Shown here in pieces: positions 56,797 through 64,000 of a DNA stretch of 64,000 nucleotides (position 1 is the stretch's first letter; each line of letters starts with the position of its first letter). This DNA comes from an uncultured bacterium (GTDB lineage Bacteria > Acidobacteriota > HRBIN11 > JAKEFK01). The notes under the pieces were generated by a model. That model did not search any database, had not been told where the DNA came from, and worked only from the letters and a program-made list of their open reading frames with translations. The DNA is taken from the NCBI GenBank assembly GCA_963771165.1, contig CAVYSN010000020.1, positions 357 to 64,356 on the forward strand, given 5' to 3'. Position numbers and translations under genes: made by a program.

Positions 56797-58053
56797 ATGC
56801 GTTTTCTCTATTCTCTCCTTTATACTTGCGCCTTTATTATTGCACTTCCTTACTTTTTCGTTGCAGGTTTGTTTAGAGGAAAGTACCTGTCAACAGTCTG
56901 GCAGAGGTTCGGCAATATAGCTCAACGGAACGAGCGTCCATCGATCTGGATTCATGCAGTCAGTGTCGGCGAATTTCTTGCCTGTAAAGCGTTGATTCGC
57001 CAAATGCAGGAAATGTTTCCAGAATTTCCGCTGTTCGTTTCAACAACAACGATCACTGGGCAGAAACTCGCCAGGAAGCTTCTTCCTGATTCATCTTTTT
57101 ATTTTCCCTTTGATTGGAGTTGGTCTGTTCGCAAGGTAATACGAAGAATTTGTCCTAAATTGATAATCGTCCTTGAAACTGAAATCTGGCCCAACTTCCT
57201 GTGGAGCGCCAGGACCGCTGAAATTCCTACAATATTAATCAACGGCAGGATTTCGGACAGATCCCTGTCGCGATACTCCTGGGTGAAGCAATGGCTCCCG
57301 AAATTCACGGAGAACTGGATGCAAACAGAGAAGGATGCTGAAGGAATGCGATCTCTTGGCGCCGAATCCGTCTACGTGATGGGGAACTTGAAGTACGACG
57401 TCCACCCTGCTGTTGCTTCAGAGGAACTTTCGAAAATGTTGTCGGCGTGGAAAGGCGAGGATCCCTTATGGATTGCAGGTAGCACGATGGCAGGAGAAGA
57501 ACAAATTATTCTGGAAGTTTTCGGGATGTTGAAGACCGAACATCGCTTGAAACTGTTGATTGCCCCCAGACATCCAGAGCGTTTTACTGCGGTCGCAGAT
57601 CTGATTTCGGAGGAAGGACTGACTTATTTCAGACGCACTCAGAAGAACCCGGAGAAAGCGGATATCCTTGTGCTTGACACCATTGGAGAACTCGCTGGAG
57701 CCTATCAATACGCCGACATTGTGCTGATGGGCGGATCCTTGCTGGAAAATGGCGGCGGACACAATCCCATTGAACCTGCTTTCTTTGGGAAAGCCATTGT
57801 TAGTGGGCCGTATTGTCAGAATTTCCGATCGGTTTTTGAAGAGTTTCAGGGAAAGCATGCCGTATTAATTACCCGCGACTTACTGGATGATATGCGCAAT
57901 CTCTTGATGAATCCGGAGAAGCGACACGCTTTGGGCAAGGCTGCGCGTACGCTGGTGGAAGAAAACGCGGGAGCAACAAGTACTGTGCTGACCGCTGTTC
58001 GACGTATATTGGAACTCGGTTCGAAGCAGGCCGGCAACCGGGTGCTCAATTAG
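56797..58053 (+). CDS. waaA: 3-deoxy-D-manno-octulosonic acid (Kdo) transferase
   Basis: N-terminal anchor, IWIHAVSVGE and GGSLLENGGGHNPIEPA motifs. 418 aa. Confidence 0.9.
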   Translation: MRFLYSLLYTCAFIIALPYFFVAGLFRGKYLSTVWQRFGNIAQRNERPSIWIHAVSVGEFLACKALIRQMQEMFPEFPLFVSTTTITGQKLARKLLPDSSFYFPFDWSWSVRKVIRRICPKLIIVLETEIWPNFLWSARTAEIPTILINGRISDRSLSRYSWVKQWLPKFTENWMQTEKDAEGMRSLGAESVYVMGNLKYDVHPAVASEELSKMLSAWKGEDPLWIAGSTMAGEEQIILEVFGMLKTEHRLKLLIAPRHPERFTAVADLISEEGLTYFRRTQKNPEKADILVLDTIGELAGAYQYADIVLMGGSLLENGGGHNPIEPAFFGKAIVSGPYCQNFRSVFEEFQGKHAVLITRDLLDDMRNLLMNPEKRHALGKAARTLVEENAGATSTVLTAVRRILELGSKQAGNRVLN

Positions 58054-59034
58054 ATGTTTCTTCTAGTGTGGAGCAGGCTTCGGAATTACCTGTACGAAAG
58101 ACACTATCTGAATACTGTAAAATCTCGCAGCTATGTCATTAGCATTGGTAATCTGACATGGGGAGGAACAGGGAAAACCTCCATGGTGAAGGGCTTAGCC
58201 GAATTCCTGATTTCCCGGGGATTTAGGGTTGCGATCTTGAGCCGGGGGTATCATCGGCTCACAAAAGGTCCGCTTATCGTAAGCGATGGAATGCGGCTGA
58301 AAACTTCATGGCAGGAAAGTGGAGATGAGTCTTATCTGCTGGCAAGTACTTTACCCGAAGCAATTGTTGTTGTTGCCGCAAAACGCTCCGACGGGTTTGG
58401 TCTTGTGGAGCCGTTCAAGCCGGATGTCATTCTACTCGATGATGCATTTCAACATAGGAAAGTGGAACGTGATCTGGATGTTGTTCTGATCGACGCCACT
58501 GAGAATATTTTGAAACAAAAACTCATTCCGTTCGGTAAGTTGAGGGAGGAACTTGGTTCGCTCCAGAGGGCGGACGCGGTTGTCCTCACACATCAAAAGA
58601 ATGCGAGTATTGAGACCACGGAATGGGTCCGGAAGAATATTCACGTCCCGGTGTTTTCTGCGAACTATGTGATGGAGAATCCACATTCGATTCATGGAAT
58701 GCGGATTGCTGCCATTTCTGCCATCGGGGCACCGCATCATTTCTTCCGGCTTTTGCAAGAGGAAGGGGCTGAACTTGTCGCGACAAAATCATTTCGCGAC
58801 CATCATCCGTTCGCTGCACACGAAATCGAGGATTTTCGCCGTCAAGCCGCAGAAAAGGACGCCGCAATGATCGTGACTACGGCGAAAGATGCAGTCAAAA
58901 TGGATCCGGCATGGTTCGACTCATTTCTAAAACCGATCGGTGTGAAATTGCAGATCACAGAAGAAGCTTTATTCTTTGATTTCGTGATGAACGAACTAAG
59001 TAAGTCCGCAATTCGCGCCAGCAAGCTGCCATGA
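58054..59034 (+). CDS. lpxK: Tetraacyldisaccharide 4'-kinase
   Basis: VISIGNLTWGGTGKTSMV P-loop, ILSRGY and LDDAFQH motifs. Confidence 0.9.
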   Translation: MFLLVWSRLRNYLYERHYLNTVKSRSYVISIGNLTWGGTGKTSMVKGLAEFLISRGFRVAILSRGYHRLTKGPLIVSDGMRLKTSWQESGDESYLLASTLPEAIVVVAAKRSDGFGLVEPFKPDVILLDDAFQHRKVERDLDVVLIDATENILKQKLIPFGKLREELGSLQRADAVVLTHQKNASIETTEWVRKNIHVPVFSANYVMENPHSIHGMRIAAISAIGAPHHFFRLLQEEGAELVATKSFRDHHPFAAHEIEDFRRQAAEKDAAMIVTTAKDAVKMDPAWFDSFLKPIGVKLQITEEALFFDFVMNELSKSAIRASKLP

Positions 59035-59930
59035 ACATACGATATCAAGTAGAGAGATTTGCCTTCTGGCTTGCCTGTCTGGCAGCCCGTCTAGTTCCCC
59101 GCGATGTTTTTCTCCGTTTGGGACGGAGTTTTGGACGAGCAGCGTACCGGTTGGATAAACGCCATCGAGACATCGCTCTGGATAATTTCCGAACTGCTTT
59201 TCCCGAAGCGACGGAGAGAGATGCTCAGGAGACGATCCGTCGATGTTATGAGTCGTTCGCGGCGTATTTGTTTGATATGCTTACATGTTTTCCAACGCTT
59301 CCTGCGTCCAGGTTGCAGAAGTTTGAAGTGGAAGGGGCCGAACATTTGGAAGCTGCGTATAAAAAGGGAAAAGGAATTATTCTGTTCGGTGCTCATTTCG
59401 GAGTTTGGGAGTTGATGGCAATGGCGCATGGTGCGCGAGGCTGGCCCCTTGAACTTGTTGTCCGGCGGCTGGATAACCCCTATCTGGAATCCTTGTTGGA
59501 AAGGCTACGACTCAGCACAGGCAATGTGATCATCGATAAAAAGCAAGGATTTCGACCGATGCTGAAAGCACTCAGGGACGGGAAAGGAATTGCTGTATTG
59601 ATGGATCAGAACGTCAGCACTGAAGATCGCATTTTTGTCGAGTTTTTAGGAAGACCCGCTTCGACGACGCCATCTGTTGCGCTGCTGAAATTGAAGACGG
59701 ATGCAGCTTTAATCTGCGCCTACAGCTACCCTCTGGCCGGTAATCGTTATCGTTTTGTTTACGGTCCGCCAGTGGAAATACAGCTGACTGGGAGTCGGCA
59801 GGAAGATGTGCATCGAATCACACAGGAATGCAACAATACGATCGAGGCCTTTGTTCGAGCGCATCCCGAATGCTGGCTATGGATGCACAGGCGTTGGAAA
59901 ACGCAACCTACGGAGCCTGTGCTGGCGTGA
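59031..59930 (+). CDS. Lipid A biosynthesis late acyltransferase (LpxL/HtrB/LABLAT family)
   Basis: N-terminal anchor, GAHFGVWELMA (HxxxxE-type motif) and DQN motif region. Overlaps lpxK by 4 nt. Confidence 0.8.
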   Translation: MNIRYQVERFAFWLACLAARLVPRDVFLRLGRSFGRAAYRLDKRHRDIALDNFRTAFPEATERDAQETIRRCYESFAAYLFDMLTCFPTLPASRLQKFEVEGAEHLEAAYKKGKGIILFGAHFGVWELMAMAHGARGWPLELVVRRLDNPYLESLLERLRLSTGNVIIDKKQGFRPMLKALRDGKGIAVLMDQNVSTEDRIFVEFLGRPASTTPSVALLKLKTDAALICAYSYPLAGNRYRFVYGPPVEIQLTGSRQEDVHRITQECNNTIEAFVRAHPECWLWMHRRWKTQPTEPVLA

Positions 59931-60499
59931 AGAAGGCCATATTTATCGATCGCGATGGAACCCTCATCCAGGAGGTGAGCTATCTACGGATGCTTGAGGA
60001 CTTAAAATTCACACCTCGCGCGGCCGAAGCGCTACGAATATTTCAGAATCTTGGCTATCTCAACATAGTGATCACAAATCAATCTGCTGTCGCGCGGGGC
60101 CTGATTAGTCCGAAATCAGTAAACAAGATTCATCAAAAATTAAAAGCGATGGCAAAAGATGAAGATGCTGTGATCGATGATGTTTTCTACTGTCCACATT
60201 TTCCAGCGGGGCGGGTCGCTCCTTATAATATTGAATGTGAATGCAGGAAGCCGAAATCCGGTATGCTGGGACAGGCGGCCTCAAAACATCGCATTGATTT
60301 GCAGCAAAGTATTCTAATCGGAGATAAGACCGTGGATCTCGAACTGGGGAAGAATGCCGGGTTGAGGACTGTGCTGGTTCTGACAGGTTACGGTTCGCAA
60401 ACAAAGGAGGCATGGAAAGAACCGGTGGAATGCTTTCCGAATCTATTTGAGTTTGCAAAAACTCTGAGTAGCAGCAGTTCTGAGATCCGCCTGGATTGA
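59927..60499 (+). CDS. gmhB: D-glycero-D-manno-heptose 1,7-bisphosphate phosphatase (HAD-IIIA)
   Basis: AIFIDRDGTLI (DxDGT), ITNQS, CPHFP...CECRKPKSGM (zinc/cap loop) and IGDK. GTG start at 59927 overlaps the upstream stop (GTGA). Confidence 0.8.
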   Translation: MKKAIFIDRDGTLIQEVSYLRMLEDLKFTPRAAEALRIFQNLGYLNIVITNQSAVARGLISPKSVNKIHQKLKAMAKDEDAVIDDVFYCPHFPAGRVAPYNIECECRKPKSGMLGQAASKHRIDLQQSILIGDKTVDLELGKNAGLRTVLVLTGYGSQTKEAWKEPVECFPNLFEFAKTLSSSSSEIRLD

Positions 60500-60506
60500 A
60501 AAGATT

Positions 60507-60575
60507 TTTAAACAGAAGATAGCAAAGGGAGCGAAGAGAAACAAATTCTTCGCTTTCTTTGCTACCTTCTGTCAA
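60507..60575. repeat. Hairpin element, AGAAGA-GCGAAG family
   Basis: Arms are tttaaacagaagatagcaaagggagcgaag (60507-60536) and cttcgctttctttgctaccttctgtcaa (60548-60575). Same family as 24124-24191. Confidence 0.85.
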
Positions 60576-60581
60576 TAGTCA

Positions 60582-61319
60582 ATGAGTAAACCGGCGATCG
60601 TTCTAAGAGGCGTTTTCAAACGGTACGGGCAATTTCTGGCGGTCAAGAATCTGAATCTCTCCATTCAACAGGGCGAAATCTTTGGATTTGTGGGTCCAAA
60701 CGGCGCCGGAAAAACAACCACTATCCGTATGATTACGGGTCTTGCTTATCCTTCTGAAGGCTCTTTAGAAATTAAAGGGATGTCCTACGCGCATCAGGAT
60801 TTACAGATTAAGAGAATCATGGGATACATTCCTGACCGTCCGTATCTTTATGAAAAACTGACCGGACGTGAATATCTGGAATTTATTCGAGGCGTATTCC
60901 GCATGAATGGCCAGCCTGAAAAAATCGATCAATACCTTTCCCTTTTTGAACTGGAGGATTGGTCGGACGAGCTTGTCGAGAGTTATTCGCATGGCATGAA
61001 ACAACGGCTCGCTTTTGCCGGCGCTTTGCTTCACAAACCTGAAATTCTTGTTGTGGATGAGCCGATGGTGGGCCTTGATCCGAAAGGAATCCGGCTGATC
61101 AAGGATCTGTTTCGAGATCTTGCGAAACAGAATGTGGCCGTTTTTATTAGCACCCATAACCTGGAACTCGCAGAGCAGGCCTGTCACAACATAGGCATCA
61201 TCCATGAAGGCAATTTACTCGCTTGCGACAATATCGCGGGCCTTCGCGCGCAAGCGGCACTACCGGAATCGCGTCTGGAAGATATCTTTCTGAGGCTTAC
61301 AACCGAGGAAATTCATTGA
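60582..61319 (+). CDS. ABC transporter ATP-binding protein
   Basis: Walker A GPNGAGKTT, signature YSHGMKQR and Walker B ILVVDEPM. Confidence 0.9.
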   Translation: MSKPAIVLRGVFKRYGQFLAVKNLNLSIQQGEIFGFVGPNGAGKTTTIRMITGLAYPSEGSLEIKGMSYAHQDLQIKRIMGYIPDRPYLYEKLTGREYLEFIRGVFRMNGQPEKIDQYLSLFELEDWSDELVESYSHGMKQRLAFAGALLHKPEILVVDEPMVGLDPKGIRLIKDLFRDLAKQNVAVFISTHNLELAEQACHNIGIIHEGNLLACDNIAGLRAQAALPESRLEDIFLRLTTEEIH

Positions 61320-62965
61320 AGCATTCTTCCGGAATCCGGAATCTACTCGACCTTTACGGGAAAGCGGCCCACCATTATTTCGTTCCTCCTTCGTGGAAGA
61401 ATTACGTTCCATTTTTTTCTTTATTGCTTTTGGGAATTGCGCTGCTGGCTCTCGAATTCTATGGATTCGGGAAAGTTTTCCGGTATATGAGCTCTCTGGA
61501 AGATTTTTCACCTTTCTTCGTACAATTTCTTCTCGAGCGATTGTTCGGACTGATATTTCTCATCAGCTACTCCATGATTTTCATGAGTAGCATGATCAAT
61601 GGTCTATCCTGTTTCTTTCTATCGAAAAAATTACCATTCCTTTTTACTCTACCGATTCCAAGGAAGAAAATACTCGCCGTACAATTCCTTGAAAACTGGG
61701 GAACCAGCTGTTATCTCATCGTGATGTTTTTGTTCAGCTTTTTGCTGTCGTATGCGAGCTCTTTTGATTTAACGTGGCAACAGTATGCTTTGTTTGGTTT
61801 TCTGCTTTTGTTGTTTACGCTTTCACCCGTCGCTATGGGGAGCGCGGCGGTCGTTGTGTTGATCCGGTTCTTTCCTGTGCGCAGGATTCATCAGCTCGTA
61901 ACGCTCATTGCCTGCGTTTTTCTGGGGGCGCTTATGATTTCCGTACGCATGATGAAACCGGAGCGTTTGCTGAATCCTACGACAACGGATGATTTTGTAA
62001 GGCTTGTCAAGGATCTGACGATTCCATCGATGAACTATCTGCCCAGTGCATGGACCAGTCAAGCGGCGGTGTACGGGCACGTTTTGCCGGTGATTTATCT
62101 TCTCATTTTCAGCACCGTCACCCTGGCGATTCTGTCTTTGACGCTGACAGCTTTTTATAACAAAGCATTCATCTTTTCTCAGGAGAGCCGTTCTCTAAGG
62201 GGGAAACCTGCTTCAAAAAAAGTTTCACGAAGCTCTGCGGGCCATCCCGTGCTGGCTTTAATCCGGAAAGATCTCCGTCTTTTTTTGCGAGATGCCACGC
62301 AATGGTCACAGCTCTTTTTGCTCGCGGCTCTTGTCGTAGTTTATTTGCTGAATATTAAGAATCTGGCAATTCAGCTTCCGATGGTGCGGTGGATTGTATC
62401 GTTTATTAATCTGGGATTAGCCGGTTTCGTGCTTTCTGCGTTGAGCGTTCGTTTTCTCTTTCCATCTGTTTCTATGGAGGGACGATCTTTCTGGATCGTT
62501 CGAACGCTGCCCGTATCGTTTCGGAGCCTTTTGTGGTGTAAGTATCTGATCTTTTTTCCTCCCTTTTTGCTCTTTTCGCAGATGTTGGTTTATTTTTCAA
62601 ACCGAATTCTGCAGGTTCCGGATTTCTTTCTTTTTCTATCCATGGTCAACATATTTGCAATTTCTTTTGCTTTGACCGGACTTGCCATTGGTATCGGCGC
62701 TCTGATGCCGAGTTTCAAGAGTGACAATCCGTCCCAGATTGCGGTCGGGCCGGGTGGTGTCCTGTATATGTTATTGAGTTTTATCTATCTTGCTTTGATG
62801 TTCGGCCTGCAGGTGCGTCCGGTGTGGTACTACGTGATTAGACATTCCGATGAAATTCACAACAGCCTGTACTTTGTGGGCGCGGTTCTGCTGACATTGG
62901 TTGTCGGATTGGTGCCGCTGGAGTGGGGCGCTAAACGATTAGCGCGCAGTGAGTACAATTCATGA
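61316..62965 (+). CDS. Large polytopic membrane protein, putative ABC exporter permease
   Basis: Twelve or more hydrophobic segments. A TTG start at 61316 overlaps the ATPase stop (TTGA). The track start at 61223 would overlap the ATPase by 97 nt and encodes Arg/Ser/Gly-rich filler. Function is inferred from coupling only. Confidence 0.55.
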   Translation: MKHSSGIRNLLDLYGKAAHHYFVPPSWKNYVPFFSLLLLGIALLALEFYGFGKVFRYMSSLEDFSPFFVQFLLERLFGLIFLISYSMIFMSSMINGLSCFFLSKKLPFLFTLPIPRKKILAVQFLENWGTSCYLIVMFLFSFLLSYASSFDLTWQQYALFGFLLLLFTLSPVAMGSAAVVVLIRFFPVRRIHQLVTLIACVFLGALMISVRMMKPERLLNPTTTDDFVRLVKDLTIPSMNYLPSAWTSQAAVYGHVLPVIYLLIFSTVTLAILSLTLTAFYNKAFIFSQESRSLRGKPASKKVSRSSAGHPVLALIRKDLRLFLRDATQWSQLFLLAALVVVYLLNIKNLAIQLPMVRWIVSFINLGLAGFVLSALSVRFLFPSVSMEGRSFWIVRTLPVSFRSLLWCKYLIFFPPFLLFSQMLVYFSNRILQVPDFFLFLSMVNIFAISFALTGLAIGIGALMPSFKSDNPSQIAVGPGGVLYMLLSFIYLALMFGLQVRPVWYYVIRHSDEIHNSLYFVGAVLLTLVVGLVPLEWGAKRLARSEYNS

Positions 62966-63969
62966 GCCGCTATTCGCGCCAGGAACTGTTTGCCGGAATC
63001 GGGAAAGAAGGCCAAAGGAAGCTTGGCGAGTCGCGGGTTACAATTGTGGGATGCGGCGCGCTTGGTTCGTTGCAAGCAGAAATTTTGTGCAGAGCCGGTA
63101 TCGGGCGACTCACCATCATCGATCGTGATTTTGTTGAAAATTCGAACCTCCAGCGGCAGGTGCTGTTCACCGAAGAAGATGCAAAGAAACTCATGCCGAA
63201 AGCCATCGCTGCCTGCGCGCATCTTCAACGCATTAACCCTGAAGTGGAAGTAATTCCTGAGCTTTCAGACTTGAGTTCCGATAGCATGGGTTTGCTCTTC
63301 GAAGCAGATTTGATCATGGACGGCACAGATAACTTTCAAACCCGCTATCTCATCAATGATTACGCCTGGAAGAAAAAAGTCCCATGGATTTATGGAGCTT
63401 GCGTGGGGTCCACGGGTGTGGCGTGCGCTTTCATTCCGGAATCATTTCCCTGTTTGAGATGTCTGTTCGAAGATGAGCCGCCGCCCGGTACAGCGCCCAC
63501 CTGCGACACAGCAGGTATCATCTGGCCCGCTGTCGGTGTCGTGGTAAGCTATCAAATAACAGCGGCATTCAAGTTTCTCACGGGTCAGGAACAGATGCCG
63601 GAGCTTATGCAATTCGATGTCTGGGAGAATCATTATCGAACCGTATCGCTGGAAAAGGCCAAACGCGCAAATTGCCCCACATGTGGGCTTCACGAATTTA
63701 CGGCTCTGAAGCCGCGTTCCGGACTCGAAACTTCGCTCTGCGGTAGAGATGCTGTTCAGATTAAGCCTCACCAAAAAGCATTTCTAAGGTTGGAGGAGTT
63801 CTATCAACGTTGGAAAACGCTCGGTGAATGCAAGCAAAATGCTTTCCTCGTTAAATTGATTTTGTCCGATCATGAAATTGTTCTTTTTCCCGATGGACGT
63901 GCGATCATAAAAGGCACGACCGATGTTTCGCGTGCTCGCGACCTTTATGCCAAATATATTGGGTCCTAA
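62962..63969 (+). CDS. ThiF/MoeB/HesA-family E1-like adenylyltransferase with a C-terminal extra domain
   Basis: YSRQELF..IG.EGQ.KL...VTIVGCGALGS...LTIIDRDFVENSNLQRQVLF. Two CxxC pairs (CLRC, CPTC). C-terminal ...VLFPDGRAIIKGTTDVSRARDLYAKYIG, as in the long ThiF/MoeB-like proteins. The ATG overlaps the permease stop (ATGA). Confidence 0.85.
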   Translation: MSRYSRQELFAGIGKEGQRKLGESRVTIVGCGALGSLQAEILCRAGIGRLTIIDRDFVENSNLQRQVLFTEEDAKKLMPKAIAACAHLQRINPEVEVIPELSDLSSDSMGLLFEADLIMDGTDNFQTRYLINDYAWKKKVPWIYGACVGSTGVACAFIPESFPCLRCLFEDEPPPGTAPTCDTAGIIWPAVGVVVSYQITAAFKFLTGQEQMPELMQFDVWENHYRTVSLEKAKRANCPTCGLHEFTALKPRSGLETSLCGRDAVQIKPHQKAFLRLEEFYQRWKTLGECKQNAFLVKLILSDHEIVLFPDGRAIIKGTTDVSRARDLYAKYIGS

Positions 63970-64000
63970 AACAAGAATTTTTCTTTTGTTGATTGTGTTC

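Noticed and set aside
7851-60575. The periodic repeats as CRISPR arrays
   Set aside because: The units are only 7-8 nt, directly abutting, degenerate and arranged as two mirrored arms. There are no 25-40 nt spacers, no leader and no cas genes.
7851-60575. The hairpins as ordinary Rho-independent terminators
   Set aside because: None is followed by a T-tract. One lies between divergent gene starts (15359-15430), and several sit immediately upstream of start codons within operon-like runs. A terminator role for some copies is not excluded, but it does not explain the shared architecture.
7851-60575. Constant purine-arm-first polarity of the hairpins as a replication-strand orientation signal
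   Set aside because: An (imperfect) palindrome reads the same way on both strands. Purine-type arm 5' and pyrimidine-type arm 3' is therefore an intrinsic property of the element and carries no information about chromosome strand.

Overview
This is a 64 kb chromosomal segment, densely coded on both strands, from a Gram-negative bacterium. The Gram-negative call rests on the lipid A/Kdo genes waaA-lpxK-lpxL-gmhB. Four secreted paralogs look like acidobacterial-type VWFA proteins, so I would guess Acidobacteriota; that is inference only.

Gene content:
- Most genes are housekeeping: pyrK-pyrD-pyrF, plsC, two polyprenyl-diphosphate synthases, proC, yajQ, mtgA, pdxA, ruvX, mltG, msrB, the dnaG-rpoD operon with a tRNA-Met downstream, mutS2, larB, an M16 peptidase pair, trpS, an M50 protease and HU/IHF.
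- Envelope and accessory blocks sit between them:
  - an amino-sugar/acyl-carrier cluster at 1-5.4 kb;
  - an operon (8.0-14.5 kb) containing plsC, a prenyl synthase, two GT-C-like membrane proteins and a protein with an EF-hand tail;
  - two ABC systems, one fused to a CPBP protease domain and one translationally coupled to a ThiF-like E1;
  - a four-gene operon of secreted VWA-like proteins, three of them tandem paralogs.
- I see no CRISPR array, cas genes, transposase, integrase, prophage or recognisable defence system.

Unexplained signals:
1. Almost every intergenic gap holds a 65-100 bp imperfect hairpin with the same build: TTAA-like ends, arms of 7-8 nt tandem units and an AT-rich loop. 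The primary sequences fall into several unrelated families.
2. A second MITE-like element with GTAGTGGCA...TGCCACTAC ends occurs twice, once nested inside a hairpin element.
3. Frame disruptions cluster at 47.9-54.0 kb across six consecutive genes. Further disruptions lie at 16.0-16.6 kb and about 39.08 kb. The rest of the window is intact. These could be assembly indels or real decay; the sequence alone cannot decide.

All product calls come from motif recognition by eye. No database search was run.
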